Positions 51,649 to 64,000 of a stretch of DNA of 64,000 nt are shown piece after piece; positions within the stretch are counted from its first letter, which is position 1, and every line of letters begins with the position of its first letter. The notes beneath the pieces were generated by a model. The model saw only the letters and a list, made by a program, of their open reading frames with translations, did no database searches and had not been told where the DNA came from. Where the stretch lies: contig NC_043000.1 in assembly GCF_006345805.1 (NCBI RefSeq), positions 158,472,001 through 158,536,000 on the forward strand, read 5' to 3'. A program made the translations under genes and the position numbers. This DNA is from Octopus sinensis (taxonomy: Eukaryota).

Positions 51649-53690
51649 AAAAGGACAAATAGGGGCATTCAAGAATATACATGTCTTTTATAGCAAATCT
51701 TAAATACATGTAATGGAGATAAATTACAAAAAAGTGTCAGTTATATATAATCAGGCGCGTTTAATAATGTATACATATAAAATAGACTCACCATATTTCC
51801 CGCCGCATTTGGTTATTTTCCTTTACTATTCTGATTTCCAGTGTCGTCAGCGTGAGTGGTGCTTTTTGTCATTCTAGGGTTCTTAAGGAAACATGACTAT
51901 GAATTGTGATCGGTTTGCTAAACAATAAGTTCTCTCGAAATTTTTAACTTGTAACACTATATGAATTCAATGATTTACAAAATGTATTAGATTGATGAGA
52001 TTTTCTTTCTTTCTTCTTTTTTTGCTTAATACTACAAAAACATCCTTCGATGAATAACTTAAGATTATGATTGTATACAACTTGTTTCATAAACCTGATA
52101 TTTAATATGATCTAAATATAGTTAAGCCCCGTCCCTGCTCTGTAGGATTCACTGACTCGTAAATATTTCATTAACTTTATTTGGTAAGTGGAAAACCGAC
52201 TTGGCAAAAGAGATTTGCTCTACATAACTAACACGAAAACAATTTTCATATAAAGACGTTGCAAACTAATTGTTTTTGATATTACACATTCCCAAAGTCC
52301 TATCAGAAAGCCGCATCCATTTCCCTAATCGTTTTTATACGATGATATACTTGTAATTAATTACTTAATACTATTTAAAAAATACTATTTCGGTACTATA
52401 TATCATAAGATTATACTATCAGTTAGGTAATATAGGTTTTAGCTCACTCTCATATCAAGTATACATACCTTAGATTCATTATAATATTTTGGTCTTTATA
52501 TAATTATTGCAATAAAAATAACTATTCATATTTACTATTCATGCTTAAAGACCTAATTTTGCAAATCCGATGATTTTATAAAACAACTGTATGTAGAAAG
52601 GGCTCAACTAATTATTTGGCAATAACGGCTTGATTATTTAGTTGAAATCTATTGATTTCGTACAAATACACAAAGCCCCTTGGAGACCAATCGATTTTAC
52701 TAAAAGAGTGTTTCACAGCTCGTTATTTGCAGAAAAACGGAAAGATGAATAAGCGAGATTCGAACAACAAACACGAAAGAACATAAACAAATACCGTAAA
52801 GCATTCTGTATAAGAATATAGCAATTTTCACGAATATGAGGTTATATAAAGATTTTTCGATAAATGAAATCATTAGTATTATAAATGAGTGTGTTTTTAT
52901 TCATGCTTCATAGCGAATCGTCAAAATTGTTGTTATAAAATGGACTATATATAAATAAAGCCTGTACAGTTAAATCACAATGTATATTCAATTCAGGTAT
53001 ATACAGTCATAAAACACCAACTAAAAGAAATAATTAGGACGAGTATAATAGGTTGTTTTGATCCACTATAAAATAACACTGATAATGAATCTTGAGCTTA
53101 TTTATTCAAAGTTTCCGTGGAATAAAGAGAACGGCCATATTTCTTTATACAGCATGACGTTATTTTTCTTGATTCTAACACAGTTGGAATCTAACAAAGT
53201 TATTTGTTATACCAAATACATCTATATTACATGAGGTACTCATGATATTCAAATGAACGACAATGAATTTGATAGAAAAAAAAAGAACTTATATACTACA
53301 CATGTATTTTCATATTTTTCTGAGACGGATGCCAACATAAAAGTGATCAATTTGTTTCACGGCAAATTAAAGAGAACTGATGAAAGATGTCAAATTCGAG
53401 ACATTATAGTTAAAAAAACAATAAGAAGATTGGCAAGCACCAGTTGTATGAAACAACAGTTGGAAAATATAGACTCAAGATTACAAACATCTGGTTAAAA
53501 GTATGATTGATGGCTTTTATGAACTGTTTGTTCGGTGGCTGTAAAACTGTACTATTTAAATGATCTCATCTTTGATATTTCCCAGATAGCTTGAAGTTAC
53601 CTAGATTTAAAACCATGTTAAACGAATAAATAAATAATAGAATTATTAACTTTCTCTGTTTTCCTATCATTATTGTGTTACTGTGTCTAT

Positions 53691-54067
53691 GGAGGCGCAA
53701 TGGCCCAGTGGTTAGGGCAGCGGACTCGCGGTCATAGGATCGCGGTTTCGATTCCCAGACCGGGCGTTGTGAGTGTTTATTGAGCGAAAAACACCTAAAG
53801 CGAGGCTCCGGCAGGGGATGGTGGTGATCCCTGCTGTACTCTTTCACCACAACTTTCTCTCACTCTTACTTCCTGTTTCTGTTGTACCTGTATTTCAAAG
53901 GGCCGGCCTTGTCACTCTCTGTGTCACGCTGAATATCCCCGAGAACTACGTTAAGTGTACACGTGTCTGTGGAGTGCTCAGCCACTTACACGTTAATTTC
54001 ACGAGCAGGCTGTTCCGTTGATCGGATCAACCGGAACCCTCGTCGTCGTAACCGGCGGAGTGCTTCC
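53691..54067 (+). mobile_element. SINE, body A + tail T1, young copy
   Basis: Full head to tail; 11-bp TSD actgtgtctat at 53680-53690 and 54068-54078. Confidence 0.94.
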
Positions 54068-54839
54068 ACTGTGTCTATACCTAATCGAAGGAAACTAGTT
54101 TTCATTATTTCGAGGTCGATATAATTATCTATGCTTTAGGCATTGGGGTTTTTCCTTAATAAGTAGATTTTTTTGTCGTAACAGCATATTTCGATATCCG
54201 ACTTTAACTAAACTATTAATGCAATTGAACTCGCTAAACACACAGGGATTAGCTAGAAACTGTTTTAATCACTAAAAATGAAATACTTTAGAGACCATCA
54301 ATTTATTATTATTTTTCTCTAAAAGTATTTACTTAGGAATAGACTGGTATATTGAATAAAAAATGAACCAAATATCACTTTAGTTCTCGTAAGGGAAACG
54401 TTAATCCTATGTTGGTTCTTGGTGTTGTTTCTAACTGAAAATATAAGAAAATTTGTGTCTCTCATCAAATGAACGAGTGTCACAAACATTTCGTGTGTTA
54501 GTTTCCTTTGCAGTGTTCTCAGCACATCAGTGTCTGTCACTGATGGGGGTATGACGGCGAGAATTTTTACATGAAAAGCCAACGGGTGGATTATTATCAG
54601 AGAGAAATTTCATGTCATTTTTTTTTTGTTTGCAAGTATTGTCGCAGAGTAGCGATTAATTCTTCTCCTAACCATGGAGATATTTACCAAGTTTCAAATT
54701 TAATGTATGGTCATCCTCACATTCCTTATCACTAGTTACACTATGAAGGGAAGGGTATACATTTTCTAAGTCTAATGCTCAAAATGTCTACAATAATAGC
54801 TTGTGGGTATGGATGAAAAAGAAATAAGTATGCTAACAT

Positions 54840-54985
54840 GCAGGAGTGGCTGTGTGGTAAGTAGCTTGCTTACCAACCACATGGTTCCGGGTTCAGTGGC
54901 GCCTTGGGTAAGTGTCTTCTACTATAGCCTCGGGCCGACCAAAGCCTTGTGAGTGTATTTGGTAGACGGAAAGAAGCCCGTCGTA

Positions 54986-55043
<58 letters not shown>

Positions 55044-55132
55044 CGTATGTGTGTTTGTCCCCCTAGCATTGATTGACAACCGATGTTGGTGTGTTTACGT
55101 CCCCGTCACTTAGCTGTGCTGCAAAAGGACAG
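54840..55132 (+). mobile_element. SINE family C, 3'-truncated
   Basis: Head, body and internal (TA)n at ~54982-55040. Confidence 0.88.
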
Positions 55133-56133
55133 ATTAACATAGACTAAGTCGAGGAAAAAATCTTGATCCGATTCCCTGACTAAGGTACCTTTGCTAATTT
55201 TAGTGGTGAGACTAATACGATTTGAAAAATAATATACACCTCAATATCTAATTTCTCATTTATTTAGAAACACTTAAAACAAAATCTAAATATATATTTC
55301 GTTGACAAGTTCTCTATCATATAAAGCAATTACCGGTAAGCTGCAAGTGAGGCGCAGTTCCTATTCTTTATTAAACGCATTTATATCGTTTACTCCACTA
55401 GTTCTATTGTAAGACGCATGGAAAGTGAAAACGACACTTAATATTTGTGTTCACAAAAGTGTGAACAGCAAGAATTTGCTTTTAAACGTGGCACGCATTT
55501 AAAATTAATTTGATGTTCTGCAAGCTATTTTCAAAACCAAATTGTCATTTCATACCAATTATTCTTTAGCAATGCCAAACGTTTTTAATACCCACCTGTT
55601 TCACTGAAAACGATTTAATAAATTGCGCACTGTAATGGAATCTACATCTTATCAAAATACAAATGTAAGACAAAGAAATTGATTTTCAGTAGAGCTATAT
55701 GGAATAAAGCCAGAAACAATGTCTCCAGTTTAAAAATGCGCACCAAAATTAAGTTTTGAAATTTATCACAATTCTATTTGGACTGAGGAAATATATGATC
55801 AAATGGATAAGCACTCTTATCAGTCACTTTAGGGGGGTCAATTTAAATATGTAATGTATCCATCTGTGGTCAAAGTTGAGATTAAACTTCTGTTTCCAGC
55901 ATTTCGAGTGATCAAGTGGAGATTCTAATCGTGGGCTCGTAAACTTGTTATAGCTAGAGGGACGTTAGCAGAAATAATTGCTCATATCCTGGCTAATTCA
56001 CTTAAAGACGCTTCACAAGTTTTAAAATTTTACATGTATTCGTTATTCCATAAAACCTGCGATGACATCAAATGACAGATGCAGAAGATCGTCACAGCCA
56101 ATGAGAATGAACAGGTTTCTGAATCTCTAATAT

Positions 56134-56527
56134 AGGCGATGGCGTGCCTGTGTAGTAACAATCTTGCTTACCAACCACACGTTTCCGGGTTCATTCCCAC
56201 TGCATGGCACCTTGTTCAAGTGTCTTCTACTTTAGCGTCGGGCCAACCAAAGCCTTGTAAATGGATTTGGTAGACGGTACCTGAAAGAAGCCCGTCGTGT
56301 ATATATATTTATGTGTGTGTCTGTGTGTCTATGTTTGTTCCTTCACAATCGCTTGATAACCGATGTTAGTATGTTTACGTCCCTGTAAGTCAGTTGTTTG
56401 ACAAAAAGACACCGAAAGAATAAGTACTAGGCTTACAAAGAGTATGTCCCGCGGTCGATTTCTTCGACTAAAAAAGCCTCTAAGGCTTTAAGTCAAATGG
56501 CTGAAATAAGTAAAGAAATAAAAGAAT
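56134..56527 (+). mobile_element. SINE family C
   Basis: Head, body, short internal TA/TG tract and tail. Confidence 0.88.
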
Positions 56528-58887
56528 ATGATTCAACTACTTACGTACTCATGTGTTCTAATTCAAGCGTTAAGAGGAGTTGTGATAGGAACGTGGCACG
56601 TCAGCTTTTTAAATAGATTTCTTGTGTGAGTCTCCATTTCAATATGATTATGCATCGTGATGTGATGCCGTATGCAATAGTGATAACAACGTTGTCAACG
56701 CACTTGCCATTGAATGAACAAAATATTACGCTTAAAATGTTACATTATACCATTAACACTAATTAGGAGTGTTCTCCAAGATAAGTTAATCCTATTGCAT
56801 TGGCGTATAAACGTGTTGTAATTTTCCATACATATGTTGCTAAACGGTAAAATATTTTATGATCATAGCTAGGAGATTTGTTTTGTTTTTACTTTAATCA
56901 GGATAATAGCTGCTTTCTTTTCTGTGTTTTTTTATTTTATTTTTACTCCACTTTATTTATTATTGTTGACCAGCCTTACTTTGAAGCAGCTTATACGGGT
57001 TGTAACTCAATATAAAGTCTTCTCTGTGCAATATGTGTATTTTCCTACTAATATTCTAACAAGAATTTATATAAATGTAGATTGATTGAATGCATTTTCT
57101 TAGTTTATAGCATGACTTCTACTGTTTTTGCGTAACGATAGTATTTACCAAAAGTGTACATGCAATTATTCGTCCTGGTTGTGGTATCAGAGTACCAAGT
57201 ATTCATACAATTTCAATCCTCTGTCAAACTACATTACTTACCCGACAACGGCTTTTGACAAGTAAACTTACGTTCACTTTGTGTCAGCCGCGTTCAAAAA
57301 CGTCCAAGAAAAATAGAAATTTTTGCCTTGGATGAAGTAAAATATAAATGCTTAAATCGTTCTTTCTTTAATTCACTAGTTTTGGCAGATGTAATAGCAT
57401 GATCTTCACAGGTACTGCGAGATATTGTCACCGATACTGTTATAATTTTATGTTCATCTTGTACGACTGGCAAATAGCAAGCTTGTCCTCCAACACTCAC
57501 CAGATAAAAACTAAGACGAACTGTGGCAAGTTTAAAAGTAGAAGAAAATTATACGCAGAAATAGGTATTTCACTGAAACGAAGTCATGCTGAAAAATGTT
57601 TAATTAGTGAGTGACATCGGTTCTAAATAACAAAATGTTTGACAAAATGGAGAAGAGACGAGTGAATCGTAAGTGCTTAGGTGGTAGTTCAAAGTGAACA
57701 GCCAGCTAGTTCTGAGTGTCGGGAACCATTGTAAAATCGATGCAAAAGGCAAAGAGATAAGACCAAAATATATGGGAGACACAAGTAAATTGATTGCAAT
57801 GTGTCTAATACTGACTGTCAAGATGAGTCTTGCGATGTTGATGTGTTAAGTGCTTCTGTTTTGTGTCAGAAGATAAAGAGAAAATGGAAGCGAAATTAAG
57901 ACAACAGCGACTTCATAAATAATAGTGATATATAATTTAGGACAAATCCTGATGTTTTCAGAGGATAAAGTTAGTCGATTGTATCAACCCCTCTACTAGA
58001 ATAGTATATGATATTATTGATTCCGAACAGAAACGAATAGCTCATTTACGTGGCATTTGAAATTTGAACATAAAAGGCCACTACAAATAACGCTAGTTTA
58101 TTTTCTGACAACCAAATGATTCTGCAGTTCACCGACTTAAAACAACATGGCTAATACGTGTTTCTGAATAAGGTATAGGGCCAGGAATCTTTAAAGTGGG
58201 TGTCTATTCGATTACATTCGCTTAATACTTGATGAGCAGATATGTTATCGACCCCAGAATCAAAACATGCTATGTTGACTACTGAAAGATTTGAACTCTG
58301 AATGTAAAGATTCGGAAAAAACATCACATGGAAGTTCGTTCAAAATTTATTAAAAGAATGTTTTCTTTACAATATAAATATTCATGTATCTTATTCTTTA
58401 ATCTTCGGACGAGCATAATGGTGGATACGCACCTATGCTTCTATGAAAGCATGCATATGCATGAAAACGCACACACACACACATACATACATATATAGAT
58501 ACACATCCACACTTTCCAACTCACACACACCCGGACGCACACATATATGGACTACAACATATATATGCGTGCATACGCTATACACCATATACATCATATC
58601 TCAGCAAAATAATCAATAATTCTTAATAACTTTTAAGATGATAATTAGTTAATATATGACTGTAGAGTGATGTAAATTAAGGTAATGAAAATATAATACA
58701 TATTTTATTAATATTTTATTCAATTAAGGAAAGAGAATATTGTTGCAAATTACGACGGATATTGTAATCAATATTATGAGTAATTTAAAACTCCTTTTAT
58801 CCACGCAAACGCACACGCCAAGATACATACAAATAAATACACATATATGATCACACACACACTCTCTCTCTCTCTCTCTCTCACACA

Positions 58888-58922
<35 letters not shown>

Positions 58923-59113
58923 ACACACACACACACATTAGCTTTTAGAAACGGAAACAGCTTTTCAAACAAATACTAATCTGCATATTCCGCGGAATTT
59001 AGACATGGTTTTGAACGACGTACGCAGCGTATTGGTTCTGAAAAATCACAGCAAAACGAACGTTAAGTGCTGAATAAGTGCGATTGTATCGGCAAAAGAA
59101 ATTTCGTCGTCAC

Positions 59114-59269
59114 CGGCAAATAGGACTGTTGTACCACGTGGTTTCGGTGTAATTTGCGCAAAGTGTTCTTAAATCACTAGATAGAACACTTTCACACGTC
59201 GGTGCTGACGAAACTTTGTCTGCCGATATGATCTGTAATTTTTGCCCGCACTTTGAAGTTAAGTTGGGC
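59114..59269 (-). CDS. Candidate internal exon (156 nt, phase 2-2), Cys-containing
   Basis: Acceptor ttgtagcatttgtag|g, donor CCG|GTGACG. Only one frame is open: PNLTSKCGQKLQIISADKVSSAPTCESVLSSDLRTLCANYTETTWYNSPIC. Confidence 0.4.
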
Positions 59270-59888
59270 CTACAAATGCTACAACACAAACATACACACA
59301 AAGACATTCACACGCGCGCACACACACATGTATAGGCATATATATGTGCGTGTGTGTGTGTATCTATCTATCCATACACACACACACATTTATATACTTA
59401 TATACATAATTAGATGTGTGTATTTTCCCTTGGTTACAACTAACACGGAATAAATAGATAAATAGGTACCAGGGTATCAAAACATCACAAAAGTAAAAAA
59501 GGCGTAACATCTTGTTTTTAAAGGTAGAAAATCTGGGTTTACGTGAAATATTTTGTACAATATATATACATAAATAAAAGCAGTTAAACCCAGATGTTAT
59601 ACAAAGTCTTTTATCTCCAACACATGTTTCGAAGATATCATTCGTATTATTCCAAAGAAATAAAATGATGTAAAGCAATGTAATCTTCTCTTCAGAGAAA
59701 TGAAGAAATAAAACTCGTCAATAATGCATTTTAACAGAATATGATGGATATGTAACGTGATGAACTGAACACTATTAGGTCTTTTAAAAAAAATGTTAGA
59801 AGATATAACGTCAAAGGTAGCCTATAGAAAGAGGAGGGGTAAAGGAAAGAAAAATCAGAAACCAAATAAATGAGAAGTATAGAACAAT

Positions 59889-60745
59889 CAAGACAAATGA
59901 AAAGATACAAAATATAGATTAATCACAAACCAGGTTTCGTGGTTATCGCTTCCGTAATCATTTACGTAATTTGTATCTTTTCATTTGTCTTGCTCGCTAA
60001 CGTTCCGGCATTTGATACATTTTCTTGAGAACATTCCTTTCTTAGTGGTAAGACCATAGCGGATCTTCTTCTAGCATAATGGATGTCCAGTTACATGTCA
60101 CCCCTCTTATATGAATGTAATATAATATTTTCTGAATCTTCAGATTTTTCAATATGCTAGACCACTGGTTTTAAAGTGATATTAATCAAATTAACATTCA
60201 ATTTTTCACCTTTATTATTTTAAATTTAAAAAGTTATATTCTCTAACCGACAAAATTCACTTCAGAGAATTATTTTTTCCGGTACTTTGGCGCGCTAAAA
60301 CTAAGACTTTTGAAAGGTGACCCCAATAGTAATTGGTAAAACTGTATACATATTCAATCTCATGCGGATGTCTTATGTATAGTTCTGCAAATCATATTTG
60401 CAAAGACGATCACAATGATGAGTTGAGGACAATTACGTAAATGATTACATAAACGATAACAACGAAACCTGGTTTGTGATTAATCTATATTTTGTATTTT
60501 TTCATTTGTCCTGCTGGCGTACGTTCTGGCATTTGCTAAAAGTTCTTGAGAACATTCCATTCTTAGTGATAAGGCCATAGCAGATCTTCTAGCATAATGG
60601 ATGTCCACTTACAGGTCACCCCTCTTATATGTATGTAATATATTTTTTCTGAAACTTCAGATTTTTCAATATGGTAGACCACTGGTTTTAAATTGATATT
60701 AATCAAATTAATATTCAATTTTTCACCGTTATTATTTAAAATTTA
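59889..60745. repeat. Diverged direct repeat pair (59970-60230, 60491-60745) with an inverted 5' segment in the first copy
   Basis: 59889-59969 is the reverse complement of ~60431-60513; 23-bp perfect inverted arms at 59889-59911 and 59970-59992. Confidence 0.9.
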
Positions 60746-60900
<155 letters not shown>

Positions 60901-61214
60901 CGTAATGTGGCTAGCCCCTGGGGGTGGGTGTTACTGAAGCTTTTAGCCCCAGGAGATCATCGTCTCCAGCTGGCTTTAGACACACTTTCTGTGCCCTTCT
61001 GATATTCGCAAAGGGAGGTGATCCCCTCACGAAAACCTAAGTGATACGCACGGACTATAGTTTCAAGGTTTGTGCCTCTCGTCAATGTACGGTAATCACC
61101 GGTTTTCGATTGGAGAGACCTGTTTGCGAATATTTATTTAATGTTTTTCCCTTTGCAACAAGTTGCTAGACCACATACCGAAAGTATTAGAAATTGCAGC
61201 CAGAGGACTGTTAT

Positions 61215-61630
61215 TTCTTTACTACAAAAATATGTCCCCATCGACAACAGTATTTGTAACTCATTATATGGCAAAAAAACCGAAGAAAAATAATGAAATC
61301 ATACAGCCACGGTCAATTATGGACGCATACGTTTCTGGATTAGAATCATAGATTCATTTCCTTCATCAACATAATATTCCGATAAATAAATCTAGAAATA
61401 CTAGGAAATTTTACCCGATGTCGCCTGGTCGGAAATATGGATGGTAAGATATATTTATTTATCGGAATATTATGTTGATGAAGGAAATGAATCTATGATT
61501 CTAATCCAGAAACGTATGCGTCCATAATGGACCGTGGACTGTTTGATTTCGTTATTTCTCTTCGTTTTTTTGCCATATAATGAGTTACAAATACTGTTGT
61601 CGATGGGGACATATTTTTGTAGTAAAAGAA
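61215..61630. mobile_element. Foldback/MITE-like long inverted repeat
   Basis: Arms 61215-61391 and 61453-61630 (~177 bp, only a handful of mismatches), 61-nt spacer; no clear TSD. Confidence 0.75.
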
Positions 61631-62735
61631 AGATCTCATATTCTCCGTCACTTAGCCACGTATGTTATTGAGCAAAATTCTACAGAAAAGCTGTATTTTT
61701 TTATCAGGGAGAGAATTATATTATCAATAATAATGAAGGGTAAAATTAATTGATTAATTAATAATTAATAATTTTACCAAGAAGTCTCGGCATGTTAAAA
61801 GAACCATTATCAGTAAACTTAAACAATAATTTTAATGATTGTGTGTATAATTATAATTAGGGTTCAGCCAAATATTTTCCTTCACCACATACCGAAATTT
61901 AGAAATAGCATCCAAAAATCTAACAAATTCTCTACCATAAGAAAATCTCCCAGATAATATATACTCAAAAACAATCCACGTAAGTAAAGAGAAAAAAACA
62001 ACGAATTCACTCGGCATTTCATTAACTGTGGACGCGTTTCGGAGTTAGATACGAAAAATGCAAAATCCACATTTTCATTCTATCATTCTCGTTCTTCAGT
62101 AGAGTATTTCAAGATTTTAAATTTGAGTGTACTGAAAGAAATTGAGCATACCTATCTGATTCAAGCGAATCATACAAACTATATCCAGTATTCAGTACCA
62201 ACGAATTCAAAGCATACGAATGAGATCTCGTATTCTTCCTCACCTACCCATATATATATGCATGTGTGTGCTCCTGTGTGTGCGTTCTTGGGAGTGTGCG
62301 GGGTGGTGTATGCTTGTGTGTGTTTCGGTATGTATTTCTATGGCCCTTAGGTGTTTGAAAGAATAGTAGGTTTGTAAATCTAGGCCATTTTAGATCTAAC
62401 GTGACTAATACAGACACGTCTTCCAGAAAGAAGGTGGAAGATATAGACGGAAAATATAATATTATAATCACAGTAGACATTGTGATGTAGTGAACACGCG
62501 AATGTTATAAAAGGCAAACCTGACCTCAACGAAGGTAGGAGAAAAAATATTAAATAGTTACTGCATAGCTCCATGTCAGACTCTTCATTAACTCCGGCCA
62601 TTAGTCAGCAATGCATTGTGTTGAGTCAAAAGTTTTGCAATATTTTGGTAAGCTATTTACTTTATTCGTCAAGTTACATCAAAAGTAGCCTAGCATTCAA
62701 AGTAATGGCCATCGTACAGCAACACCCGAACCCAC

Positions 62736-62779
62736 CTTTCTGCCTGTTCATTGATCCAACGGTAGTACCAGTTCCTGGC
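62736..62779 (-). CDS. Candidate short exon (44 nt, phase 0-2)
   Basis: Acceptor gttcttcgcgtcacag|, donor AAG|GTGGGT; ARNWYYRWINEQAE. Phase-compatible with 59269-59114. Confidence 0.25.
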
Positions 62780-64000
62780 CTGTGACGCGAAGAACTCGTT
62801 CACTGATGTTTCCTTTTCATTGATGAAGCGCCGAGACAGCACGAAAGACATAGAATCGACATATTTGTATGTCTACACTGTAGTTTACTCATACATTCAC
62901 AGACACACACAATCGCACACACACACGTCCATACACGCACACAGATTCACACACTTTTTATTAGTGGATTTTTTTCGTGAAATTAGATTTCATGCAATTT
63001 TCATATGGAGAGTGCAAAACATGAACATGAACACTGCAAACTAATCAACTCATAACGTAAGTATTAATCAGCCAATGTGATATTGAGCACTCATTCGCAG
63101 TCCGTCACTATCGTATACAGACACATACACACATACACACACACACACACTCATGCACACATATTATATGTATAAACATATATGCACTAGTGTGTGCATG
63201 CGTGCGTGTATTGTACGTGCATAAATAGCTACGTGATATGTCGTTTGGTTTTATTCTGATCTTCAGCGCTCAGCTCTTCTACTTAGCGCAGAGATTTTAT
63301 CAAGTGTTTTTGTTCGATTTGTATAAATTGTATATACATCAGCAGTAATCTAGGGGAAGTTGATTTAAATACTTCCGCCACTTAACTCTTATAGACACAT
63401 ACACACATACGCACAGACACGTAATAACACACACATACACACAAACACTCACACACTCAAACACACACATACAGTGGTACGAAAACGTGTCGGTGTTTTG
63501 TGTTGGATATAAATATATCGACTTATCAATTTAAAGTTTCCCTAAGTAGTAATATTTGTACATTACGTTTATTCAATATCCAATATTGCCGAAACTCTGT
63601 TGGAGCTTTGTCAAAAGTCTGTTTCAAATTTGATTTATCAATTAATCTCATCTACCAGCTCCTTTTGTTGTTATGTACATAAAGACCAAGAAATGAAACG
63701 AATAGCAATGACAATAACCATCTTGGTTAGAAGCGCCTTCGCTGATAGAAATATGTCTGCCCGCTTGCATTTCGCGCTTGTCTGATATTCATTACGACTA
63801 TAACAACATCGCTTGATTTATAAATATTATTTCGGTGTTGGTACGTATGTTGTTGAATCTCTCTCTGTTAATCTCTTCGCGATGCATACATATATACATG
63901 AATGCATACATACGTACGCACGTACAAGCTTACATACATACATATATCTCTGTTCATGTATGTGTGTATGTGAATGTATACTTAGACATAGATATTATTA

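Noticed and set aside
57400-57735. Possible second hAT 3' end (gggaaccattg motif, QIKTK peptide)
   Set aside because: Similarity is too fragmentary to support without an alignment.

Overview
This is AT-rich, repeat-dense animal genomic DNA. The SINE families and microsatellite load suggest an octopus or other coleoid cephalopod; that is inferred from repeat content, not from a database search. No complete, nameable gene is visible, and almost all ORF-track entries are microsatellite or transposon artefacts. The window is mainly: decayed mariner and hAT DNA transposons; two non-autonomous Helitrons; several Penelope-like (PLE) remnants; R4/Dong-type and CR1/L2-type LINE fragments; and about 20 tRNA-headed SINEs in several modular families, many with clean target-site duplications (TSDs). 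A few splice-site-bounded open frames may be exons of large-intron genes. Highlights: (1) two families of minimal type-I hammerhead-ribozyme-like motifs with self-complementary stem III and non-canonical cores, one with a G3:C8 swap of the conserved C3:G8 pair and one with U at position 6; (2) a ~400-bp inverted duplication carrying an apparent spliced two-exon gene end, which could fold its own pre-mRNA into long dsRNA; (3) head/body/tail shuffling among SINEs. Boundaries of decayed elements are approximate.
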